Source: a virus. Taken from it: a DNA stretch of 64,000 bases. The stretch lies in IMG/VR virus record IMGVR_UViG_3300046557_000516, positions 2,332 to 66,331 of that record; one strand, written 5' to 3'. Positions 27,074 to 33,741 of the stretch are shown one piece after another. The notes under the pieces were generated by a model. The model made no database searches and was not told where the DNA came from. It saw only the letters and a list, made by a program, of their open reading frames with translations. The translations under genes and the position numbers were made by a program. The first letter of the stretch is position 1. Each line of letters opens with the position of its first letter.

Positions 27074-27757
27074 CTAAAACCGAAACTTGATGAGACCTTC
27101 AGCGCCAAAACGCGGATGGTTGCGGAGGCCATGCAAGACCGTGCCACGCTCGCCAATGGCGCGCGCTCGATACCAGTCCAGCGCCAAGGCGTCTTTCCAC
27201 TTGCGGCCATACTCCGCCGCATAGGACTTCAGCGCGTCGTATGCCTCCGGAGGCGTATACGGCAACGTCGCGTTCAACTCCGCTACCGCAGCGTCGCAAT
27301 CCGACTGAAGAGCGCTAGCGGCTTTAATAACCACTACGTCCGCGCTTTTGTAGCCTTGCGAGCCGTCGATATAGTCGCGACGCTCCGCAACCACTAGGGA
27401 CTTGATGAAGTCGCCGAACTGGACAGAGAAGCGGTTTTCGTCTCGTGTCGCCAAAAGGTAATAAGCCGGTTCGCGCGCTGGCAACGGTTCAACCGGAGCG
27501 GCGGGAATGTTGCCCGTAACGAGCGGTCCCCATACAAGGTTAAAGACCGATGGGAAATACTCCGTGCTTTGTTCGTTTTCGTCATGGTCCGCCGTCATAA
27601 CCCATACGCGGTTATGCCCGTTGTTCGGCCAGCCGCTCACAACAAAGGACTCGCCACGAAATGACGTGACCGCGTCGCCAGCGGAAACCGGGCGGCCGTC
27701 GGCATGATACAACTGCGGAGTTTCGGCGGAGATGCGATGTGCGAAGGCGTTGGACAT
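27074..27757 (-). CDS. Multidomain hypothetical protein
   Basis: Start MSNAFAH after AAAGGA; C-terminal AL..YA..YGR.WK..L..DW......L..LRN. Confidence 0.65.
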   Translation of the reverse strand: MSNAFAHRISAETPQLYHADGRPVSAGDAVTSFRGESFVVSGWPNNGHNRVWVMTADHDENEQSTEYFPSVFNLVWGPLVTGNIPAAPVEPLPAREPAYYLLATRDENRFSVQFGDFIKSLVVAERRDYIDGSQGYKSADVVVIKAASALQSDCDAAVAELNATLPYTPPEAYDALKSYAAEYGRKWKDALALDWYRARAIGERGTVLHGLRNHPRFGAEGLIKFRF

Positions 27758-27827
27758 GGCTTGCTTTCCTTTGTTGCGAGCGGTTGAGGATGCGCCAGCG
27801 CTGCGGCTGGCGACACCTAAGCCGTTC

Positions 27828-28088
27828 CTACTGCAACCATGCGCTTTCCGCCCACGCTGCAACGTCAAGCCGCGAACCGTCCTTGAATATGAACGTGCAA
27901 CCGGTCAAATACTCCATCTCGCTTTCTGCGATCTCGTGTTTCCACTCCGCACGCATGGCGCTTTCGACTTCGTAGACATGCAAGCGGTCACTGCGCTCCG
28001 CAAGGATAGGCGTGAACTGCGCCAGCTCCGCAATGGTGACGGCCGAGTTGAAAATGTCGCCTGAGTTGTCGATAGAAATGCGGGCCAT
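27828..28088 (-). CDS. Hypothetical protein
   Basis: Start MARISID after AAAGGAG. Confidence 0.6.
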   Translation of the reverse strand: MARISIDNSGDIFNSAVTIAELAQFTPILAERSDRLHVYEVESAMRAEWKHEIAESEMEYLTGCTFIFKDGSRLDVAAWAESAWLQ

Positions 28089-28169
28089 GGGGTTCGCTCC
28101 TTTGTTGCGATGGAAACGGGTTCGTTTCAGATGCGCGGCCATGACGCGGCCGCGACACTGAAGCGCGCC

Positions 28170-28439
28170 TTAGTTCTGAGTTGCTTCGTTCTCGCCGAAA
28201 AAGGCAATGTTGGCGTAAAGGGTGTTGAGCTCCGCCCCGATCCCTTGCGCCTTGAAACGCGAGCCGTCCTTGATGCCTTCCGGAGCTGCGCCCTTGCATG
28301 CGGCGGCCAAATGTTCGGAGAGATGCGCCTTGGATGCGCAAACCGCCTTGAACTGCGAAGGCAAGTCAGCGGCCGGAGCTGCAACGGCGGAGAAGGCGGA
28401 AAGAGCGACGAAAGCGGATGAGATGAGAAGAGCGCGCAT
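28170..28439 (-). CDS. Putative secreted protein
   Basis: MRALLISSAFVALSAFSAVAAPA signal-peptide-like N-terminus; two Cys. Confidence 0.6.
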   Translation of the reverse strand: MRALLISSAFVALSAFSAVAAPAADLPSQFKAVCASKAHLSEHLAAACKGAAPEGIKDGSRFKAQGIGAELNTLYANIAFFGENEATQN

Positions 28440-28510
28440 AGCAGATGTTTCCTTTTCCAGTTTGGCACAATCGCCAGATAAGCCGCGCGTCACTGCGGCT
28501 TGCCAAGCGA

Positions 28511-28714
28511 CTATGCATACAAAGGGTTAAAACCGTCTAAAGACCGGACGAGGGCGGCCATAGCAGCACGCTCGACAAGGCGAGCGGTGCGCGCACGGTC
28601 TGTCACTGGCGACGACACGTAGAACGAACCGCCGACGCGGCCGACGCGCCAATGGATGAGACCGCCGACTTGCTGGACAGAGACGTTCAAGAAAGACTGA
28701 AGGAAGGAGAGCAT
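28511..28714 (-). CDS. Hypothetical protein, first gene of the leftward operon
   Basis: GAAAGG RBS; follows promoter. Confidence 0.55.
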   Translation of the reverse strand: MLSFLQSFLNVSVQQVGGLIHWRVGRVGGSFYVSSPVTDRARTARLVERAAMAALVRSLDGFNPLYA

Positions 28715-28754
28715 GGGAGAGACCTTTCAAACCAGACTCACAAGCGAGCCGTTG

Positions 28755-28814
28755 AATGGAAATGTATACCTTTTTGCGGGAATGCCAAGGGGGTGAAGTG
28801 ACAAAATGTATAGG
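28755..28814 (-). promoter_or_regulatory. Leftward promoter overlapping an AAAAAGGTATACATT operator-like box
   Basis: Minus strand TTGGCA-16nt-TACATT; 15-bp identity with 11653-11667. Confidence 0.6.
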
Positions 28815-28953
28815 TCTATGCACTCCGGCGAAAAGAGTAATGAAATCAAGCGAAATGCGACGGCCGACTTTTCCGATACATGATGCCGGAAAGACCACGA
28901 AACGCGCCCTTGGCCCGCTATGGGCGAAACAACGCCTATCCCTGATAAAGCGA

Positions 28954-29049
28954 CGCTCGCCGACTGGACAGACGAGACCGCGCTCGCCGACACCACTTGC
29001 TGCGCTCCAATACTCCGGCAATACGCCAACGTGGATGTCGCTCGCCGAC
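28954..29049 (+). repeat. Three direct 11-mers CGCTCGCCGAC
   Basis: Copies at 28954, 28981, 29039 in non-coding DNA. Confidence 0.75.
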
Positions 29050-29399
29050 TCGGCCGTCACGGATAACAGGAAACGAATAGCCCTATAGGCGTATATGACT
29101 AGGCCACGTGTCCACACGAGCCAATGCACGCTGACTCGCTGCGCCCTTTGACGTCGCCCCGATGAAACGGCAATACGGCATGCACAAACGGATATGATGG
29201 CGACACATGACAAGGGGACAGACAAGCGTTGCGCTTGCGTCGACCTGATCGGCCACGAACCCATATCCACCCTACCCCATAGCCCATATCGGCCATGACC
29301 CATGATGCACGTCGACATGATCTCGTGTCATAGCGCCTCAAGGGCGAGCGTGTGCCGTCGGCGGCCATCAACACCTATGACAGTGCCACGCACGCCGCC

Positions 29400-29520
29400 A
29401 GCGACGCGCTATGGGCACGAAAAGGCGCATTAGGGACCGTTTATCGGGTGCGGGCAGAGCGGAGCGCAGCCTCCCGTTCTGTCGCGCAAATTGAAAAATG
29501 TAAGGGGAGATCATCTCGTA
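29400..29520. other. Candidate cos/packaging-initiation region
   Basis: Long non-coding divergence point upstream of the late genes; GpA terminases use cos ends; compositional switch to A-tracts; exact site not established. Confidence 0.3.
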
Positions 29521-29830
29521 CCCCTGGAAACCCTGGAGAAATCGATGCCTTGCATGTGGTTTGGCGGATTTTCCGATGGCGGCCGCTTCAAGGCTTGGCA
29601 ACTCCATTATCAGGCAAAAGGCGCCTCGAGATGGAAGGCGACCGATCTCGCCTGGAAGAAATGCCAGAACAAAACGACCTGGCCTCCCGGGTTGCAAAAC
29701 GGTTGTAAAGCCGCCGCGGCGTAATACGAAAATGGCACCCATCCACCGGGCGGATACAACGTGTTTTTTGGCGATGTCCTTGAAAACGTTCGATCCGCTA
29801 TCAGGACGTGTATGTCGCTCGGAGCTCGAA

Positions 29831-30004
29831 ATGGCCGGAAAGACAAAAACCTACGGCGTATACGCTTGGATCGAAGGCGTGATCGCGAAAATCGGCGAGG
29901 TCCGCGGCCGGGATTGCACGATCGCCTTCAATGCGGCAAAAGCCAAACTGAAGCGGGACGATCTTTGGGTTAAGCCCCTGATGAAGGTCTACGCCAAAAA
30001 CTAA
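29831..30004 (+). CDS. Hypothetical protein (57 aa)
   Basis: GGAG RBS, MAGKTKTYGVY. Confidence 0.5.
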   Translation: MAGKTKTYGVYAWIEGVIAKIGEVRGRDCTIAFNAAKAKLKRDDLWVKPLMKVYAKN

Positions 30005-30007
30005 TGC

Positions 30008-30201
30008 GCTCTCGAGGCCGTCACCTCGATTGAGCCTTCCCCGCTTCCGGAAGCAAAACCGGTCGCCGCGCAAGAGGGTGGATGTAGTTGCCACTCGGGG
30101 AGCCAAAAATACCCGCAGAGGAGACGCCGCGAGGGAAATGCCTCGCCGGATTCGTTAGGTCCGGCAAAACAGCGGCCCACTTGCCCCAGGCCCAAATGGG
30201 C
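30008..30201 (+). ncRNA. Putative structured RNA or leader
   Basis: Series of hairpins and a three-way junction in 215 nt of intergenic DNA. Confidence 0.35.
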
Positions 30202-30219
30202 TAATCTCAGGAGAAACCC

Positions 30220-31110
30220 ATGACCACCTCAGTAATCGTCAATGCTGGCCACGGCTGGCCCGTCGACCTCGTCTTCAAGGATCCGAAGACTGGCGACATC
30301 CTCTCGACGCAGCGCATCGATGTCGACGGCAACCAGACGATCTACGTTCACCGCGGAGCCGACGTCCTCATCCATGAAGTCCAGCCGGAAGAAATGGCTG
30401 CTGTGAGCTACGATGACGAAGCCTCTGCCGCCGCCGATCTCGCCGATGCGCAGAAGGTATCGGAAATCACCGGAGATCCCATCCCGGATCCGCTGATCGA
30501 CCAGGTTGTCAAGATCGACCCGGAAACGAACCAGATCGTCGATGAAACCTCGCCGGTTGCTGCTGTTGTCGCCGCCACTCCGGCCGCTGATGCCGCTCCG
30601 GCCGCCGTCGACACCCCTGTTGCCGTCCCCGTTGTCACCGATGGCGTCATTACCGCTGTCGAGGTCACGAACCCTGGCGCTCTTGTCGCTACGGATGACG
30701 TGCACGTTGCTGATTCTGCTGAAGAAACGCCTGCAGTAGTCGAAGCCCCGGTTGAGCCGGCTCCGGCCGCTGTTGTGGCCGAAACCCCGGCGGAAACCCC
30801 TGTTGAGGCCGCTGTCGTCGAAACTGCCCCGGTCGCTGCTGAAGTAGCCCCGGTTGCCGTCGAAGCTGCTCCGATCGAAGAAGTGTCCGTCGAAACGGCT
30901 CCTGTCGTCCAGGAAGTCGTAGAAACCCCGGCACCTGAAGAAATCCCGGCCGCCGTTGTCGAGGCGCCGGTAGAAGTTGCGGCTGAAGTGGCTGTCCCTG
31001 AAGTGGTCGAGGCTCCGGTTGAAACGCCGGTTGCCGAAACGATGTCTGATCCGGCTTTCGGCACGGACCCTGTCGACGAAGAAGCCCCAAAGCTTGACCA
31101 GCAGTCCTAA
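30220..31110 (+). CDS. Acidic low-complexity (A/V/E/P) repeat protein
   Basis: AGGAG RBS; repeated VVEAPVE/ETPA units; strong codon bias. Confidence 0.8.
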   Translation: MTTSVIVNAGHGWPVDLVFKDPKTGDILSTQRIDVDGNQTIYVHRGADVLIHEVQPEEMAAVSYDDEASAAADLADAQKVSEITGDPIPDPLIDQVVKIDPETNQIVDETSPVAAVVAATPAADAAPAAVDTPVAVPVVTDGVITAVEVTNPGALVATDDVHVADSAEETPAVVEAPVEPAPAAVVAETPAETPVEAAVVETAPVAAEVAPVAVEAAPIEEVSVETAPVVQEVVETPAPEEIPAAVVEAPVEVAAEVAVPEVVEAPVETPVAETMSDPAFGTDPVDEEAPKLDQQS

Positions 31111-31262
31111 GATCTGCATGGTCCGGCATCCCTAAGCGGTCCGGAACATATTCATCTGCACCAGCGAATTGTTCGCATCACGGACCGTGCAAAGGACAGA
31201 GCCCTCGCCAAGCAATCGTGCCTGGCGGGGTTCGACCCCTCTCGAAAAGAGGACTTCAACCC

Positions 31263-31370
31263 ATGAATCCGACGAAAGCTATGACGGTGGCCTTGTTGTG
31301 CGTTCTTATCGTTGTTTGCATCACTCTCGGGTTCCTTCCGGCCATCGCGCCGTTATGGAGCAATAAATGA
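31263..31370 (+). CDS. 35-aa single-TM peptide
   Basis: Manual translation MNPTKAMTVALLCVLIVVCITLGFLPAIAPLWSNK; GAGGA RBS; ATGA overlap with next gene. Confidence 0.5.
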   Translation: MNPTKAMTVALLCVLIVVCITLGFLPAIAPLWSNK

Positions 31371-31792
31371 GCATTCTTGACAAAATCGAGGAAGACACGA
31401 AGCGCGGCGTCTCCGCAGCCATCGCCGCAGTCGAGCGGGTGGTTGCGCCTGGCGCAGCATCAACGGCGGAGTCGACGGCGCCGGCAACTATCCAGTCCTT
31501 TGCGGCTTCGGCGACCCAAAGCGCCCCTGCCGCCTCTTTGTCTGCAGGAAAGCCAACCGACCCGATTGCGGAAGTAGTCGCTCGCCTCGAGCAACTCCGA
31601 AAGACTATAAACGTCGTCGCAACGGTTCATTCGTCCTGGGATCGTATCGTGGATGCTGTGACGGCGACGACGACGGATGCCGACGCCGCTTTTGCCAAGG
31701 TCAAAGCGCTGATCCCGATCGACGGCACCCCTGTACCGAAGGGGTTCGATGAGGCCGTTGCGTTCGTGAAGTCGATCGCGATCAAGCTTTAA
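31367..31792 (+). CDS. Hypothetical protein
   Basis: GGAG RBS, Ala-rich ORF. Confidence 0.65.
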   Translation: MSILDKIEEDTKRGVSAAIAAVERVVAPGAASTAESTAPATIQSFAASATQSAPAASLSAGKPTDPIAEVVARLEQLRKTINVVATVHSSWDRIVDAVTATTTDADAAFAKVKALIPIDGTPVPKGFDEAVAFVKSIAIKL

Positions 31793-31824
31793 AAGTTCGG
31801 GGGTACGAAACCCGAAACAGGCGG

Positions 31825-31862
31825 AGATCTCCCCCATCCAGTGCTGCGTATGGGGGAGATCT
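31825..31862. terminator. Strong hairpin (terminator or processing site)
   Basis: 13-bp perfect stem AGATCTCCCCCAT/ATGGGGGAGATCT. Confidence 0.55.
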
Positions 31863-31897
31863 TCGTTTCAAAGTTCCACGATGGAAGGAAAAATCCA

Positions 31898-32179
31898 ATG
31901 AGCTATTCGTTTTCAGTAACGGCGGACACAAAGCAGGAAGCTACCCACAAGATCAGAGAGAAGTTCGACGAAGTTGTCCTGGCGCAGCCGAGTCACGTTG
32001 CGGACAGGGAAGCCGCGGTTGTTGCCGCCCAAACCTTGGTCCGCCTCTTGGCTGATCCCAAGGAAGGCGAGGAAATCGCCGTTAGCATGAACGGTTCGGT
32101 TGGCTGGAAGTATGACTCGCCTGAGGAATTTCTTCATGCGAACGTCACCATCAATACGTCGATGCGCAAAAAGAGCTAA
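31898..32179 (+). CDS. Hypothetical protein
   Basis: MSYSFSV start after AAGGA. Confidence 0.65.
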   Translation: MSYSFSVTADTKQEATHKIREKFDEVVLAQPSHVADREAAVVAAQTLVRLLADPKEGEEIAVSMNGSVGWKYDSPEEFLHANVTINTSMRKKS

Positions 32180-32186
32180 TAGGCTC

Positions 32187-32426
32187 TTAGATGCCGAGAT
32201 CGGTCCGGAGAACGCTGTTGACCTTTGAGGTCCAGCCTTCTCCGTTGATGCTCTTCAACATGAAGACGACGTCCTGATCGAGGCGCAAGCTAACAAGTTT
32301 CTTCGGTGATTTCAGATCGCCGGTCCCGATCGCAGCTTTGAGCGCATTGATCTGCGCCTTCGTCGGCTTCTTCACCTTCGCCTGCTTCGTGCGTTTCGCT
32401 GGAGCGATTTCCTTAAACCGGATCAT
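32187..32426 (-). CDS. BrnA-type antitoxin-like RHH protein
   Basis: K.LVSLRLDQDVV....S..G.GW.SKVN.VLR. Confidence 0.7.
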   Translation of the reverse strand: MIRFKEIAPAKRTKQAKVKKPTKAQINALKAAIGTGDLKSPKKLVSLRLDQDVVFMLKSINGEGWTSKVNSVLRTDLGI

Positions 32427-32497
32427 GCCCGAACCCTCGGTTTCCTTGCCGCGCGGCGACTCCACGCATGCCGGAATATAGCGCGTGAGTGTGAAAA

Positions 32498-33091
32498 ATG
32501 AAAGTTACGGCAGAAGTCCACCAATCGAAGGATCTCATCACCTTCCTGCACAAGCTCGGCTCTCCGGAGTTGAAGGCGGCCGCGATCGTCGGATTGAATG
32601 AGCATGCCGGCGAACAGCGGAAGCAGTCGGTCAACCGCATGGTTGCCTATACCGGGATCCCCAAGGGCCGTGTCGGCGGCAAGACGAAGCTGATCAAGGC
32701 ATCAGCCTCCGGATCCGTCAACACTGCGATCATCAGAACGGCCGACGTCGCGATCCCCCTCGCGGAGTACGGAAACGCCGTCTGGACAAGGGATTTGAAC
32801 CCCTTCGCTGATGGCCAAATGGGGGGATCAGTTTCGAGCATGAAAGGCGCGGAAGCGACTGGCTGGAATGTCCGCCGGCAATTCCCTGGCGCCTTCATCG
32901 CCAACGGCCAAGTCGTGATCCGACGGGTTCATTCGGACCCGCGATCGGGCTTGCGCACCCTTTATGCCCCGGTCCTGGCGAATGAGCTGGCAAAACCGGA
33001 GCGCCCAAACGCACCCGCTGCGGAGCGGTATGCAGCTATGGACCTCGAGCGGAGGGTCATGGCTCAAGTCATCCGCGTTTTAGGAACCTGA
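32498..33091 (+). CDS. Putative tail-completion protein (lambda gpZ-like)
   Basis: A...GLN..., IPL.EY, FPGAFIA, LY.P pattern. Confidence 0.5.
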   Translation: MKVTAEVHQSKDLITFLHKLGSPELKAAAIVGLNEHAGEQRKQSVNRMVAYTGIPKGRVGGKTKLIKASASGSVNTAIIRTADVAIPLAEYGNAVWTRDLNPFADGQMGGSVSSMKGAEATGWNVRRQFPGAFIANGQVVIRRVHSDPRSGLRTLYAPVLANELAKPERPNAPAAERYAAMDLERRVMAQVIRVLGT

Positions 33092-33093
33092 AG

Positions 33094-33741
33094 ATGGCTA
33101 AGGCAGCACCCAAAGCCGTCGATGAGACAGAAACCGTCCCTCAAACGAGGGCGAAAAAAGTTACGTCGGCGAAAACCAAGACCAAAAAGAAAGCCCCGGC
33201 AAAGCCTGCAAAGCCACCGGAGCAACCCTCGAGAGGAGCGTGGATCCATGAATTCTGTACGATCACAGAGCTTTCGATCCTCCTCAACCTCTCGGTTCGC
33301 GCGCTTCATGACCAAAATGCTCGCGGCGTTCTTGTCCGTGGCGCCAAGGCCGGGACATACCGGACAATTCCGTCGATGGAAGCCTATATCGGAAACCTCC
33401 GGCTCGCGGCATCCGGTCGCGCCAAGGAAGTCCAATCGGTAGCGGCTGAAGAGCGCGGCAAGATCGAGAAGATCGAGCGCCAGATCCGTGAGCTGAAGCT
33501 GAAAGAGCTCCAGGGCGAGATCCTGCAGCTCGATGAAGTCTCTGAGGCGTGGTCGACGTTCGCCGGCCTTGTGAAGCAGGCGTTTTTGACCTTCCCGACG
33601 AAGGCTAGAGCCAAGATCCCGCATCTGACGGCCCATGACCAAGCGACGCTGACAACGATCGCCAAGGACATGCTCCTGGACATGGCTGCAGAGATCCGCG
33701 CGTCCGTCGTAGGGGGAGATGCCGATGTCCTCAAGAGCTAG
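33094..33741 (+). CDS. Terminase small subunit (Nu1-like)
   Basis: wHTH (ELS.LL.LS.R), coiled coil ending L.GE; overlaps GpA. Confidence 0.8.
   Translation: MAKAAPKAVDETETVPQTRAKKVTSAKTKTKKKAPAKPAKPPEQPSRGAWIHEFCTITELSILLNLSVRALHDQNARGVLVRGAKAGTYRTIPSMEAYIGNLRLAASGRAKEVQSVAAEERGKIEKIERQIRELKLKELQGEILQLDEVSEAWSTFAGLVKQAFLTFPTKARAKIPHLTAHDQATLTTIAKDMLLDMAAEIRASVVGGDADVLKS

Larger units (their letters stand above)
22367..28510. repeat. Family of about 10 intergenic imperfect hairpins between genes of the leftward small-gene operon
   Basis: At 22367-22393, 22502-22541, 22778-22801, 24005-24058, 25462-25510, 26443-26481, 26496-26521, 27778-27827, 28119-28169, 28471-28510. Confidence 0.8.

Noticed and set aside
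22367-28510. True integron attC array
   Set aside because: No consistent RYYYAAC/GTTRRRY cores and no tyrosine integrase in the window
28954-29049. CRISPR array
   Set aside because: Only three 11-nt repeats with irregular spacing; no cas genes
28527-29742. ORFs in the terminal non-coding region
   Set aside because: Unnatural composition, overlap promoter and repeats, no RBS
31222-31245. GGTTCGACCC, a tRNA T-loop-like motif
   Set aside because: T-stem is imperfect and no D-arm, anticodon arm or acceptor stem can be built
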